A stretch of DNA of 64,000 bases from an uncultured Oscillospiraceae bacterium (lineage in GTDB: Bacteria > Bacillota > Clostridia > Oscillospirales > Oscillospiraceae), in assembly GCA_944387095.1 (NCBI GenBank), contig CALXDP010000011.1, forward strand, positions 12,430-76,429. Reading direction: 5' to 3'. Shown here piece by piece: positions 1-10,351 of this stretch. A program made the translations under genes and the position numbers. Positions within the stretch are counted from its first letter, which is position 1. Each line of letters opens with the position of its first letter. Below the pieces are notes generated by a model. That model was given only the letters and a program-made list of their open reading frames with translations, did no database searches and was not told the DNA's origin.

Positions 1-314
1 CCAGTGAAAAGGGGGCCATGGCCTGGTACCTGGACGGCCGGGTTCAGGCCCTGTGGGGCACCCATACCCATGTGCCCACCGCCGACTGCCAGGTGCTGCC
101 CCAGGGTCTGGGAATGGTCACCGACCTGGGCATGACGGGGCCGGTCCATTCCGTCATCGGCATCACGCCAGAGCAGGCCGTCAACCGCTTTCTGGGCGGC
201 CTGCCCCAGCGGTTCCAGCCTGCCCCCGGCCCCTGCCGGATGGACGCGGTACTCTTTGAGATCGACACCGCCAGCCGCCGCTGCACCGGGGTGCAGCGCA
301 TCGACATCTCCTGA
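1..314 (+). CDS. YmdB-like metallophosphoesterase, C-terminal part (5' end outside window)
   Basis: ORF 18..314 is open to the window edge. The translation GTHTHVPTAD...LGMTGP...SVIG matches the conserved C-terminal half of YmdB-type calcineurin-like phosphoesterases. Confidence 0.7.
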   Translation, partial: SEKGAMAWYLDGRVQALWGTHTHVPTADCQVLPQGLGMVTDLGMTGPVHSVIGITPEQAVNRFLGGLPQRFQPAPGPCRMDAVLFEIDTASRRCTGVQRIDIS

Positions 315-326
315 GGAGGGCTGTGC

Positions 327-1400
327 TTGAAACTGCTCCACGCCGCCGACCTTCATCTGGACTCCCCGTTCCGCCAGCTCACCGCGGCCCAGGCCGCCCA
401 GCGCCGGAGTGAACTGCGGGACGTCCCCGCCCGGTTGGCCCGGCTGGCCCGGGAGGAAAAGGCGGACCTGGTGCTCCTGCCCGGCGACCTGTTTGACGGG
501 GAGCGGGTGTATCCGGAGACCGTCCGGGCCCTGGCCGACGCCTTGGGCGATATTCCCGCCCCGGTGTTCATTTCCCCGGGCAACCACGACTTCTACCACG
601 CCGCCTCCCCCTATGACACCGCCCTGTGGCCGGAGAATGTACACATCTTCACCTCCGCCGCCCTCACGGGAGTGCCCCTGCCCGCCCTGAACTGCGTGGT
701 CCACGGCTGCGCCTTCACCGCCCCCCGGCGGGAGGACGACCCTTTGGCGGGATTTTCCGCTCCCCGGGACGGGCGGATCCATCTGTTATGTCTCCACGGG
801 GAGCTCTCTGCTCCGGGCGGATTCTACGCCCCCATTTCCCCCCAGTCCCTGGCCGGTTCCGGCGCCCGCTACGCCGCCCTGGGCCATATTCACGTCTGCA
901 CCGGGCTGCAATGGGCCGGAGCGGTGCCCTGGGCCTATCCCGGCTGCCCGGAGGGAAGGGGCTTTGACGAGACGGGCCCCAAGGGGGTCCTTCTCGTCAC
1001 GCTGGACAGCGGGGAGGTCCAAGCCCGGTTCCACCCCCTGTGCCAGCGGCAGTACCGCATCGAGGCGGTGGAACTGAGTTCCTTTGAGGCGGCTCTGCCC
1101 CGGGAGCCGTCCCCCGACCTGGTACGCCTGTGCCTGACCGGGGAGAGCGCCGCTCCCCCGAACCTGGCCGCCCTCACCGCCCAGGCCGCCCCCCGATTTT
1201 TCCGTGTGGAGCTGCGGGACGAGACCACCCTGCCCCAAGACCTGTGGGCCCGGCGGGAGGAGGACTCCCTCACTGGACTCTTCCTGCGGGAGATGAGCCG
1301 GCGGCTGGAAGGGGCGGACGAGGGGGAGCGCCCCGCCCTGCTGCTGGCCACCCGGTTTGGCCTGGCCGCTCTGGAGGGAGGGGAGGATATCCGCCCATGA
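327..1400 (+). CDS. Mre11/SbcD-type DNA-repair exonuclease (YhaO-like metallophosphoesterase)
   Basis: N-terminus MKLLHAADLHLDSPF and GNHD motifs. TTG start lies 6 nt after GAGGAGGG. The stop overlaps the next start (ATGA). Confidence 0.75.
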   Translation: MKLLHAADLHLDSPFRQLTAAQAAQRRSELRDVPARLARLAREEKADLVLLPGDLFDGERVYPETVRALADALGDIPAPVFISPGNHDFYHAASPYDTALWPENVHIFTSAALTGVPLPALNCVVHGCAFTAPRREDDPLAGFSAPRDGRIHLLCLHGELSAPGGFYAPISPQSLAGSGARYAALGHIHVCTGLQWAGAVPWAYPGCPEGRGFDETGPKGVLLVTLDSGEVQARFHPLCQRQYRIEAVELSSFEAALPREPSPDLVRLCLTGESAAPPNLAALTAQAAPRFFRVELRDETTLPQDLWARREEDSLTGLFLREMSRRLEGADEGERPALLLATRFGLAALEGGEDIRP

Positions 1401-3265
1401 AGATCCTGAAAATGGCCGCCACATTCGGCCGGCTGGAGGAGGCTGTTCTATCCCCCGGTCCCGGTCTCACCGTCATCACCGCCCCCAACGAGGGGGGCAA
1501 ATCCACCTGGTGTGCCTTCCTCAAGGCCATGCTCTACGGCCTGGACACCCGGGAGCGAGACAAAACGGGTTTTTTGGCGGAAAAGAACCACTACCAGCCC
1601 TGGTCAGGGGCCCCCATGTCCGGCCAGCTGGAACTGGAGTGGCGGGACCGGGACATCACCCTGCGCCGCACCTCCACCAAAGCCGGCCCTCTCCAGGGTT
1701 TTGAGGCGGTGTACACCGCCTCCGGCGACCTGGTACCCAGCCTCACCGCCGCCAACGCGGGACAGGTCTTGGTGGGGGCGGGCCGGGAGGTGTTCACCCG
1801 CTGCGCCCTCCTGTCCCAGAATGCCGGCCCCCTCACCTCCTCCCCGGAGCTGGAGCGGCGCATCGCCGCCCTAGCCACCGCCGGGCAGGAGGACGCCTCC
1901 TTCTCCGACACCCAGCGCACCCTGAAGGACTGGCGCAACCGCCGGCAGGTCAACCGCTCCGCCGGGCTCATCCCCCGGCTGGAGCGAGAGCTGGACCAGG
2001 TACAGGCTCAGCTGGGGGCTATGGCGCGGGCCCGCGCCCTTCGGGACCAGGCCATGGAACAGCTTGCCAGACTGGACGCGGCCCAGGCCCAACTCACTCA
2101 AGAGCTGGAGCTCCACCACCGCCTGGCCCGGAAGGAGCTGAACCGCCGGTACGCCCAGGCCCTGGAGGCCCTCTCCCACGCCCAGGCTCAGCTGGACGCC
2201 CTGCCAGACCCCGATCCGGAGTTTGCCGGTCTCACCGCCGGGCAGGCTCGAGAGCAGGCCAGGCTGACCATGGCAAAGCCCACCTCCCGGGGAGACCGGG
2301 GGCGGTCCCCCTCCGGGAAGCAGTTTCCCCTTCTCCCCGGCGCCCTCCTGCTGGGGGCGGGGGGGCTGTTGGTCCTCCTGGCCAGTTTGGCCGCCCGCTT
2401 CCCACCCGGGATAATTCTCGGTGCCGTTCTGCTCCTGCTTCTCCTTTTCCTTCTGATCCGGAATCACCCCGCCTCTTCTGGGCAGGAGGCTCCCGCTGTC
2501 TCCCCCCTGGACCGGGCGGAGGCCTACACCGATTACCTGGCCCTTCGGACACGGCTGGAGGACGAGGCCCGTCACTGCCAGGAGCGGGTGGACGATCTGC
2601 GGGCCCAGGGAGGTCAGAAAGCGGATACCCTGGAGTTCCTCTCCCCTCCCGCCCGCTCCCTGGAGGAGACCCAGCGCCTGCTGGAGCAAAACCGGCAGGC
2701 GGCCGCCCGGTGGCAGTCCCAGCTGGACCAGGCCACCGGAGTCCTGGGGTGCGATCCGCTGGAGCTGGAGGCCCGCCGGGATGAGCTCCAGCGCCAGTTG
2801 GAGGAACGCAGCCGGGAGGCGGCCGCCCTGGACTTTGCCCTGGAAGGGCTGGAAGCGGCCAATACCGTGCTTCGGGAACGGTTCTCCCCCGCCCTGAACC
2901 AAAAGGCTGCGGAAATCTTTTCCGCCCTCACCGGAGGGAAATACGGCCAGTTATCCCTCCGCAGGGACTTCTCCGCTCTCACCGGCGGTGAGGGCCAGCC
3001 CCTTCGCTCAGGGCTGTACCTGTCCGCAGGCACTGCCGATCAGCTCTATCTGGCCGTGCGGCTGGCCCTGAGCCAGCTCACCCTGCCGGGCATCCCCCTG
3101 GTGCTGGATGACGCTTTGGCCGCCTTTGACGACCAGCGGGCCGCCCTGGCCCTGGACTACCTGGCCCGACTGGGGGAAACGCGGCAGATCCTGCTCTTTT
3201 CCTGTCACAGCCGAGAGGCCCAATGGGCCCGGGCACATCAAATCCCCGTACTCCCCCTGTCCTGA
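1397..3265 (+). CDS. SMC/SbcC-like AAA ATPase with central hydrophobic hairpin (YhaN-like)
   Basis: In-frame ATG at 1397 overlaps the upstream stop. Walker A is NEGGKST, the middle is Q/E/L-rich coiled coil with a TM-like LLLGAGGLLVLLASL segment, and Walker B is LVLDDALAAFD. The track's extension back to 1130 overlaps the upstream gene and is not used. Confidence 0.7.
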   Translation: MKILKMAATFGRLEEAVLSPGPGLTVITAPNEGGKSTWCAFLKAMLYGLDTRERDKTGFLAEKNHYQPWSGAPMSGQLELEWRDRDITLRRTSTKAGPLQGFEAVYTASGDLVPSLTAANAGQVLVGAGREVFTRCALLSQNAGPLTSSPELERRIAALATAGQEDASFSDTQRTLKDWRNRRQVNRSAGLIPRLERELDQVQAQLGAMARARALRDQAMEQLARLDAAQAQLTQELELHHRLARKELNRRYAQALEALSHAQAQLDALPDPDPEFAGLTAGQAREQARLTMAKPTSRGDRGRSPSGKQFPLLPGALLLGAGGLLVLLASLAARFPPGIILGAVLLLLLLFLLIRNHPASSGQEAPAVSPLDRAEAYTDYLALRTRLEDEARHCQERVDDLRAQGGQKADTLEFLSPPARSLEETQRLLEQNRQAAARWQSQLDQATGVLGCDPLELEARRDELQRQLEERSREAAALDFALEGLEAANTVLRERFSPALNQKAAEIFSALTGGKYGQLSLRRDFSALTGGEGQPLRSGLYLSAGTADQLYLAVRLALSQLTLPGIPLVLDDALAAFDDQRAALALDYLARLGETRQILLFSCHSREAQWARAHQIPVLPLS

Positions 3266-3393
3266 GCTTTCCCCCGGGCCAAAAGACCCGGGGGAAAGTC
3301 CGTTTTATGGGACTTTCTTTCTGGTATCCTTTTCTTAGAAGAAACCAGAAACCGCCCTCTTTAGAGTGCGGTATCAGAAAGGAAGGGTTCCCA

Positions 3394-3510
3394 ATGTATG
3401 AACTGAAATTTGTGCGCGGCCATGTGGAGGTCTATCTGGACGGCCGGTTCTGCTTCTCTGCGGACACCCGGAGCGAGGCGGAGGCAGAAATCGAGGCTCT
3501 CACCGCGTAA
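3394..3510 (+). CDS. small hypothetical protein (38 aa)
   Basis: ATG lies 6 nt after AAAGGAAGGG. A strong hairpin terminator follows at 3527-3574. No recognisable motif. Confidence 0.3.
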   Translation: MYELKFVRGHVEVYLDGRFCFSADTRSEAEAEIEALTA

Positions 3511-3526
3511 GGCCAGGGCCACCTGC

Positions 3527-3574
3527 AAAAACAACCGCGCAGAGCCGTGATAACGCGGCTCTGCGCGGTTGTTT
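3527..3574. terminator. bidirectional intrinsic terminator between convergent genes
   Basis: About 19-bp stem aaacaaccgcgcagagccg / cggctctgcgcggttgttt, flanked by A-run and T-run. Confidence 0.7.
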
Positions 3575-3585
3575 GATGGAAACGT

Positions 3586-4926
3586 TTATCCGAAGAAATA
3601 ATCCCAGGGGTTGCCGTAATACCACTGGCTGCTGGTCTGCTGGGGCTCCGGATCCTGCTGGGTGGTGCTGTCCTGGGTGGTGACCGCCTGCTCGTCAAAG
3701 GTGAGGGACAGCTCCAGATACTGTCCGGCCCGGTAGACCGTCACGGTGACGGTGTCCCCCGCCCGGTAGGAGTTCTTCACCGAGGTGAGCTGGGACACGC
3801 TGGTGATCTCAGTGCCGTCGATGGCGGTAATGATGTCCCCCTGCTGGATACCGGCGGTATCGGCGCAGGATCCCTCGGTCACCTCCATGACGTAGGCGCC
3901 GCTGGGCCAGCCGAACCGCTCGGCCATGTCGCTGATGTCCTGTACGGACACACCCATGCTGGGCCGGTCGGTGACGTAGCCGTACTCCATGTAATCCGTG
4001 ATGATATCGATGACGTCATTGATGGGGATGGCAAAGCCGATGCCCTCAATGGCCGCGTCGGAGCTGTCCCCGTTGTTGGACAGCTTGGCAGAGGTAATGC
4101 CCACCACCTGGCCGTATTGGTTGAACAGGGGACCGCCGGAGTTGCCCGAGTTGATGGTGCAGTCGGTCTGAATCATGTTCATCACAGTGCCGTCGCTCAT
4201 GGTGACGGTGCGGCCCACACCGGAGACGTAGCCCGAGGTCTGGGAGAAGGAGTAGCTGCCCAGGGCGTTGCCGATGGTGGACACCTGCTCCCCCACCACC
4301 AGGGTATCCGAGTCGCCCAGCACCACGGGCTTGAGCCCGGACACGTCGATTTTCAGCACCGCCACATCATTGAGCTCTTCGCCGCCGATGTAAGTGGCGT
4401 CATAGGTCTCCCCGTTGTACAAGGTGACCTGGATGGAGGAGGCCCCGTTGATCACGTGATAGTTGGTGACGATGTAGCCGTCCTCGCTGAGGATAAAGCC
4501 TGATCCGGCGGAGGTGGCCTGGTACTGCTGCCAGCCCTGCTGCACCGTGATCTGGGCGTTGATGTTCACGCAGGAGTTGGCGTAGGCCGCGTAGATCTCC
4601 TCCAGGGTCATCTCGGTCACCCCGTCCACCTCTTGGACGTTCACCTGGGTGGTGGGGGTGTTGTTCTGATAGATGGTGCTGGAGTTGGAACTGCCGCTAT
4701 CGGTCAGCGCTTGGAACGCCGCCGCGCCGCCGATGCCGGCCCCGCCGCCCACCAGGGCACAGCACAGCACCAGGGCCGCCACTCTGCCCGCGCCGTTGCT
4801 CTTCTTCGGCTTCTTGGGCTCCGGCGGGGTCATCCCGCTGTGGGGGTTCGGGTTGTAGCTGTAATGATAGGTCGTGCCGTTTGTCTCAAAGCCGTTGTAC
4901 CCGGTCTGGTTGCTATCTTCATACAT
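3586..4926 (-). CDS. htrA: HtrA/DegP-family serine protease with PDZ domain
   Basis: Catalytic-triad contexts TNYHVI, DVAVLK and GNSGGPLF, a C-terminal PDZ-like region and an N-terminal TM anchor. ATG at 4926 lies 8 nt after AAGGAG, so it is preferred over the GTG at 4935. Confidence 0.85.
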   Translation of the reverse strand: MYEDSNQTGYNGFETNGTTYHYSYNPNPHSGMTPPEPKKPKKSNGAGRVAALVLCCALVGGGAGIGGAAAFQALTDSGSSNSSTIYQNNTPTTQVNVQEVDGVTEMTLEEIYAAYANSCVNINAQITVQQGWQQYQATSAGSGFILSEDGYIVTNYHVINGASSIQVTLYNGETYDATYIGGEELNDVAVLKIDVSGLKPVVLGDSDTLVVGEQVSTIGNALGSYSFSQTSGYVSGVGRTVTMSDGTVMNMIQTDCTINSGNSGGPLFNQYGQVVGITSAKLSNNGDSSDAAIEGIGFAIPINDVIDIITDYMEYGYVTDRPSMGVSVQDISDMAERFGWPSGAYVMEVTEGSCADTAGIQQGDIITAIDGTEITSVSQLTSVKNSYRAGDTVTVTVYRAGQYLELSLTFDEQAVTTQDSTTQQDPEPQQTSSQWYYGNPWDYFFG

Positions 4927-5090
4927 AAAGATCACTCCTTACGCAATCGCGGATTGTCTGCGCGGGCCTGTATGAGAGACCGCTTCGCTTTTTACAGTAC
5001 AAAGCATACAAAAGAATTATGTCCATATTGTGACAGACTTTCAAAATGATTTTTAACAATCCCTGAAATATTTCTGAAATTGTTTCCCAA

Positions 5091-6257
5091 TCACCTTTTG
5101 TCCCCCGCCCGCAGAATGGATATCACATCCCGGGCTGCGGCCCGCAGATCGGCCGCCGCCGGACGGAATACCCCCAGCTTACCCAGATTGAGGAGCACCA
5201 GCAGCAGGATGGGTCCCACGATCATGCCCAGCACACCACCCAGGCGCATGCCCACATAGATCCCCACCAGGGACAGGATGGGAGGCAGCCCGGTCTGGTT
5301 CCCCAGGATTTTGGGCTCCCCCAGCCGGCGAAACAGGGCGATAACACCCCAGATGACCATCAGCTGGGCCGCGCCCACATAGTTGCCAATGATCAGATCC
5401 ACCACCGCCCACGGAACCATGACGGTGCCCGCGCCAATGATGGGGATGAAGTCCAGCACCGCGAAGAGAACCGCCAGCAGCAGTCCATAGGGCTGGTCAA
5501 TGATCAAAAATCCCACCGCCAGGATAAAAAATACTACCAGGGACAACAGCAGTTGGCTCTTCAGATAGCCGCCGAAGGCCTGGACAAACATCCGCTTCAC
5601 CGTGGCACAGAAGTCCCGGGTATCTGCCGGCACCCGGTCGGTGATGAGAAAACGCAGGTGGGGATAGTCGGCGGTGATGAAATAGCTGGCCATGACAAAG
5701 ACCACCGCACTGACGGCGAAGGCGGACAGGCTGGACACCAGGGAGGGCGCCTGCCCGGCCAACGTGGTCAGCCAGCCGGAGAGGTCAAGGCTCTCCAGCC
5801 AGCTGCCCAGCCATTCCATCAGGCCCTCGCCGGTGGACAAAAGCCCCTCGGGCAGCAGATCCTGAAATCCACCCAGCCAGGCCGCCACACTGTTCACCGT
5901 ACCCACCACAGTCTCCATCACCGACGGCCAGTTGTCGATGAGGGAGCGGATCTGACTCACCGCCATGAATCCCAGACCGTACAACGCCGCGCCAATGGCG
6001 CAGAAGATCAGCACGATCAGCACCATGGAGATGGCGCTGCGGGAGATGGACAGCTTCCGGTGCAGCCAGCGCACCAGAGGGTTGAGCAGCCAGGCCACGA
6101 TCAGCGCCAGCACAAAGGGGCCAAGCAGCGTCCACAGCGGCGGCACCACATAGATCAGCAGCAGTGCCACAGCCACGACCAGCGCGGCGCGAATGCCGAT
6201 ACGTACCCATAATGCACCCCGTTCCCTCCAGCTCAAAGGCCCTTGTCCCATCATCAT
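5091..6257 (-). CDS. AI-2E family transporter / YtvI-like integral membrane protein
   Basis: Polytopic membrane protein whose C-terminal PIIGAGTVMVPW...LGEPKILG pattern is typical of the PerM/AI-2E family. Confidence 0.65.
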   Translation of the reverse strand: MMMGQGPLSWRERGALWVRIGIRAALVVAVALLLIYVVPPLWTLLGPFVLALIVAWLLNPLVRWLHRKLSISRSAISMVLIVLIFCAIGAALYGLGFMAVSQIRSLIDNWPSVMETVVGTVNSVAAWLGGFQDLLPEGLLSTGEGLMEWLGSWLESLDLSGWLTTLAGQAPSLVSSLSAFAVSAVVFVMASYFITADYPHLRFLITDRVPADTRDFCATVKRMFVQAFGGYLKSQLLLSLVVFFILAVGFLIIDQPYGLLLAVLFAVLDFIPIIGAGTVMVPWAVVDLIIGNYVGAAQLMVIWGVIALFRRLGEPKILGNQTGLPPILSLVGIYVGMRLGGVLGMIVGPILLLVLLNLGKLGVFRPAAADLRAAARDVISILRAGDKR

Positions 6258-6292
6258 CGCCCCTTTGACCTTTCTGTTCTAATCTATTCCAA

Positions 6293-7234
6293 TTATACTC
6301 CCGCCACCTGCCCGGCAACCACCGCCACCAGCGGCAGGGTGAGGATGCTCAACAGAGTGGACAGAGACACCAGACGGGCGGCCAGCCCCGTATCCTTCCC
6401 CATCGTCTGGCTGAACAGGCTGGTTGCCCCTGCCACTGGGCACCCGGACAGGATGGCCAGGGCCATGAACACGGTGCCGTCCACATGGAAGGGCAGCAGC
6501 GCCAGCATGGTGACGGCAGGGATGATCAGCAGTTTCAGAGCGCACACCTGGTACAGCCTCCGGTCCCGCACCAAAGCGGGCAGGTCCACCGCCGCCATCT
6601 GGGCCCCGATGACCACCATAGCCAGAGGGGTGTTCAGGTCGGCCAGATAGCCCACCGCCGCCTCCGCCGGGACGGGCAGCCGCAGACCGGTGAGAAACAT
6701 CACAAGAGCGGCAGCAAAGCCCAGAGAGGCCGGGTTGCAGATGGCCTTCCCCACCGACAGGTGCTCCCGCCCGCCGATGATGACGATGCCATGAGTCCAG
6801 ATGACCACGTTGAACACCGCCAGGGCCAGCGCCGCCACCATAGTGGCCTGGCTGCCCAGGGCGGCCTGGATCAGGGGCAGGCCCATGAATCCCTTGTTTC
6901 CATAGATGGAGGCAAAGCGCAGGATCCCCCGCTCATCCGGGTCCCGGCGGCGAAACATTACCGTGGACAACAGCATATACAAAGCATAGGTCCCCGCCAG
7001 GGCCACCCCAGCGGTCAGCAGCTGGCGGTCCAGCGCCGGGGTGCGCTCCATATCAAAGCTGTCAATGATAATGGCCGGCGTCACCACGCGCAGCAGCAGC
7101 TGGGACGTCTGAGACAGGGTCTGTCCGGTCAGCAGTCCCCATTTCCCAAGGGCAAACCCCACCGCCATGAGCAAAAACAGGGTGAGTACACTGCCTCCCA
7201 CCACCTGGACGCTCTCCCATATGCGCTCCAGCAT
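6293..7234 (-). CDS. AEC (auxin efflux carrier) family permease
   Basis: 313-aa protein of about 10 TM segments with AEC-like N- and C-terminal repeats. Confidence 0.6.
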   Translation of the reverse strand: MLERIWESVQVVGGSVLTLFLLMAVGFALGKWGLLTGQTLSQTSQLLLRVVTPAIIIDSFDMERTPALDRQLLTAGVALAGTYALYMLLSTVMFRRRDPDERGILRFASIYGNKGFMGLPLIQAALGSQATMVAALALAVFNVVIWTHGIVIIGGREHLSVGKAICNPASLGFAAALVMFLTGLRLPVPAEAAVGYLADLNTPLAMVVIGAQMAAVDLPALVRDRRLYQVCALKLLIIPAVTMLALLPFHVDGTVFMALAILSGCPVAGATSLFSQTMGKDTGLAARLVSLSTLLSILTLPLVAVVAGQVAGV

Positions 7235-7367
7235 CCTCTCTCACCTCGCGATTTCATCCGGTGTACCCTGTGTATTATAATGCCCCGGAGCCGGATTGAC
7301 AAGCCCAGTCAGTGGGGTTATACTATAGCTTCAACATAAAAAGAGAATGTCAAAGGAGCTTTGCACC

Positions 7368-9116
7368 ATGGATCAAAGGCGGTTTCAACGCAGTCACCTC
7401 GTGATTTTCCTCTCCTACTACCGGCCTCACCTGAAGCTGTTTCTGCTGGATATGTGCTGCGCCCTGGGCATCTCCCTGGTGGATCTGGCCTTCCCTTACG
7501 CCTCCCGGACAGCTCTGAACGAGCTTCTGCCCCAGAACCTGTTTGGGGCCTTCTTCGGCGTCATGGCCATCCTGCTGGCGGCCTACGGCCTGCGGGCGGG
7601 CATGCAGTATGTGGTCACCTACTGGGGCCACATGATGGGGGTACGCATCGAGGCGGACATCCGCCGGGATCTGTTTTCCCACATGCAGGACCTGTCCTTT
7701 TCCTTCTATGACAAAAACCGCACCGGCCAGCTCATGAGCCGGGCCACCAACGACCTGTTTGAGATCACCGAGCTGGCCCACCACGGCCCCGAGGATCTGT
7801 TCATCTCGGTCATCACTCTGGGGGGCGCCTTCACCCTGATGTGTACCATTCAGTGGAAGCTGGCCCTTATTGTGTTTGCCGTGGTGCCGGTGTTCGTGCT
7901 CTTCACGGTCTTTCAGCGCCGGAAGATGGTGCGCGCCTCCCTCCAGGTCAAACAGAACATGGCGGGCATCAACGGTCAGCTGGAGTCGGCCATCTCGGGT
8001 ATGCGCACCGCAAAAGCCTTTGCCAATGAGGAGGCGGAGGGAGAGAAATTCCAGGCCTCCAACAACCAGTTCAAGGGGGCCAAGCGGGGCTATTACCAGG
8101 CCATGGCAGGTTATATGGCGGGGCTGGAGTTCGCCCTGCCGGCGATGAACGTGCTCACCATCGCCGCCGGCGGCTTTTTCATCATGCGCGGCGAGATGGA
8201 CCTGGTGGACCTGGTGACCTTCTCCCTGTATATCTCCACCTTCCTCACCCCAGTGCGCAAGCTGGCCGCCTTTGTGGAGCAGTTCCTCAACGGTATGGCC
8301 GGATTCAAGCGCTTTGTGGAGCTGATGCGGGTGGAGCCCGAGGTGAAGGACGCCCCCCACGCCAAGGTCATGGGCACGGCCCAGGGGGATATCCGCATTG
8401 AGGACGTGTCCTTTGCCTACAGCAATGGGGAGACGGTACTCAGCCACATCTCCATCCACATCCCCCAGGGGGAGACGGTGGCGGTGGTGGGCCCCTCCGG
8501 GGGCGGCAAATCCACCCTGTGCCAGCTCATCCCCCGGTTCTACGATGTCACCGGTGGGCGCATCCTGGTGGACGGCGTGGACGTGCGGGAGGTCACCCAG
8601 CACTCCCTGCGCCAGAACATCGGCATTGTCCAGCAGGATGTGTTTCTGTTCGCCGGCACCATTCTGGACAACATCCGTTACGGCCGGCCAGACGCCACCG
8701 AGGCGGAGATCGTGGAGGCGGCAAAGCGTGCGGAGATTTATGATGACATCATGGACATGCCCGACGGATTCCAAACCTATGTGGGCGAGCGAGGGGTCAT
8801 GCTGTCCGGGGGTCAGAAGCAGCGGGTATCCATTGCCCGCATCTTTCTGAAGAATCCGCCCATCCTCATTTTGGACGAGGCCACCTCCGCCCTGGACTCC
8901 CTCACCGAGGCCCGCATCCAAGGGGCCTTTGACGAGCTGGCAAAGGGCCGCACCACCCTGATCATCGCCCACCGGCTCAGCACCATCCGCAACGCCCACC
9001 GCATCATCGTGGTGGATGAGCACCGCATCGTAGAGGAGGGGACCCACGCCCAGCTCCTGGCCTCCGGCGGGGAGTACGCCCGGCTGTATCACGCCCAGAA
9101 AAGCGTGGCGGTATAG
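7368..9116 (+). CDS. ABC exporter, fused permease/ATPase (MsbA-like type I exporter)
   Basis: Six-TM N-terminal domain, Walker A GPSGGGKST, signature LSGGQKQR and Walker B ILILDEATSALD. ATG at 7368 lies 9 nt after AAAGGAG. Confidence 0.85.
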   Translation: MDQRRFQRSHLVIFLSYYRPHLKLFLLDMCCALGISLVDLAFPYASRTALNELLPQNLFGAFFGVMAILLAAYGLRAGMQYVVTYWGHMMGVRIEADIRRDLFSHMQDLSFSFYDKNRTGQLMSRATNDLFEITELAHHGPEDLFISVITLGGAFTLMCTIQWKLALIVFAVVPVFVLFTVFQRRKMVRASLQVKQNMAGINGQLESAISGMRTAKAFANEEAEGEKFQASNNQFKGAKRGYYQAMAGYMAGLEFALPAMNVLTIAAGGFFIMRGEMDLVDLVTFSLYISTFLTPVRKLAAFVEQFLNGMAGFKRFVELMRVEPEVKDAPHAKVMGTAQGDIRIEDVSFAYSNGETVLSHISIHIPQGETVAVVGPSGGGKSTLCQLIPRFYDVTGGRILVDGVDVREVTQHSLRQNIGIVQQDVFLFAGTILDNIRYGRPDATEAEIVEAAKRAEIYDDIMDMPDGFQTYVGERGVMLSGGQKQRVSIARIFLKNPPILILDEATSALDSLTEARIQGAFDELAKGRTTLIIAHRLSTIRNAHRIIVVDEHRIVEEGTHAQLLASGGEYARLYHAQKSVAV

Positions 9117-9194
9117 GCCTCCGGCTGGGCAGTTTCTGCCCGTGAAGAAAACAGGTCGCCTTTTGGCGAAACAGGAAGAGAGGCCGGATCCGCC

Positions 9195-9986
9195 ATGAAC
9201 AAAACAGAACTGCTCAACAAATTCTCCAAGGACCCGGAGGAGCGGGTGGCGCTGGCCCGGGTGCTGGACCAGATGGAGCGGGCCCAGCGCCGGTCCATCC
9301 CCTGCGCCACCCAATTCCTCTCCCCCGCCCAGAAGGCGGCGGCGGAACCCCTGCTGGCTGCCTGCGGCCACCCCAGGCACCTGTTTGCCGGGGGGTATGA
9401 GGGGGCGGAGCGCACCATCTGCGTGTTCCTCCCTGACTGGCAGGAGCCGGAGGACTGGGATGCGGGGGAGGAGCTGGCCGCTGTGGAGGCCTCCTTTCCC
9501 CCCAGCGCCGAGCTGAGCCACCGGGACATCCTGGGCGGGCTGATGGGCATTGGCCTGACCCGGGAAAAGGTGGGGGACATCCTGGTGCTGGAGGGCAGGG
9601 CCCAGATCATCGCTTTGAAGGAATCCGCCCCCATCATCCTGTCCCAATTTGACCAGGCCGGGCGGCACCGGCTGAAGCTGGGGGAAATCCCCCTGTCCCA
9701 GCTCTCCCCCGCCCCCGTCCAGATCAAGGTCATCCACGACACGGTGGCCGCCCTGCGCCTGGACGCGGTGCTCTCCGCCGGCTTCTCCATTGCCCGGGGC
9801 AAAGCCGCCGACCTGATCTCCGGCGGCCGGGTGAGCGTCAACCACCGGGAGTGCGTCAAGCCGGACCGGGCGGTGTCAGAGGGAGACGTGCTCACCTGCC
9901 GGGGGCTGGGCAAGTGTTTGCTGAAAACCGTGGGCGGCCAGTCCCGGAAGGGCCGCGTTATCATTGAGATTGAGAGGTATGTGTAG
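9195..9986 (+). CDS. YlmH-like RNA-binding protein with C-terminal S4 domain
   Basis: The length and the C-terminal LRLDAVLSAGFSIARGKAADLISGGRVSVNH S4 motif. Confidence 0.6.
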   Translation: MNKTELLNKFSKDPEERVALARVLDQMERAQRRSIPCATQFLSPAQKAAAEPLLAACGHPRHLFAGGYEGAERTICVFLPDWQEPEDWDAGEELAAVEASFPPSAELSHRDILGGLMGIGLTREKVGDILVLEGRAQIIALKESAPIILSQFDQAGRHRLKLGEIPLSQLSPAPVQIKVIHDTVAALRLDAVLSAGFSIARGKAADLISGGRVSVNHRECVKPDRAVSEGDVLTCRGLGKCLLKTVGGQSRKGRVIIEIERYV

Positions 9987-10196
9987 ATGGAGCAAGTCAA
10001 GATCGACCGCATCAACGAGTTCGCCCGCCGGGTGAAGGCGGGAGAAGTCCTGACGGAGGAGGAACAGGCGGAGCGGGCTGCCCTGCGCAGGGAATATATC
10101 GACAGCGTCAAGGCCAGCCTGATAGCCCAGCTGGACAACACCTATCTGGTGGAGCCCGACGGCACCAAGCACAAGCTGCCCAAGAAGCCCTCTTAG
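9987..10196 (+). CDS. DUF896 (YnzC/UPF0291) family small protein
   Basis: 69 aa. IDRINEFARRVKAGEVLTEEEQAERAALRREYI is the typical DUF896 helix-hairpin sequence. The start abuts the upstream stop. Confidence 0.7.
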   Translation: MEQVKIDRINEFARRVKAGEVLTEEEQAERAALRREYIDSVKASLIAQLDNTYLVEPDGTKHKLPKKPS

Positions 10197-10215
10197 CAAG
10201 TCGCTCACAAGATAA

Positions 10216-10251
10216 AAAAGCAAGGCCCCCACCCAGGGACCTTGCTTTTTC
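10216..10251 (+). terminator. intrinsic terminator
   Basis: Stem gcaagg...ccttgc followed by TTTTT. Confidence 0.55.
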
Positions 10252-10295
10252 TGTCCTGCCGCCCGGGGGGAAATCCCGCCGCAGGCTCTGTCTGG

Positions 10296-10331
10296 ACAAA
10301 AAGGGGCCGCCCGGCGCAACCGGGCGGCCCC
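10296..10331 (-). terminator. intrinsic terminator of the cold-shock gene
   Basis: 12-bp GC stem ggggccgcccgg / ccgggcggcccc followed on the minus strand by TTTTTGT. Confidence 0.75.
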
Positions 10332-10351
10332 TCTGTCAATGTGTGTCCCAA

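Noticed and set aside
1130-1396. N-terminal extension of the YhaN-like ORF. The same applies to extensions of ORFs 16673-18088, 10352-10663, 31538, 28252 and 44263-45570.
   Set aside because: The extensions overlap upstream genes or lack an SD. Internal starts with SD sites and family-typical N-termini were chosen.
7350-9845. 831-aa ORF on the minus strand
   Set aside because: It lies antisense to the well-supported ABC exporter and YlmH-like genes. The translation is Gly/Ala/Pro/His/Gln-rich low-complexity sequence with no motifs, which is the typical stop-poor antisense frame of GC-rich DNA.
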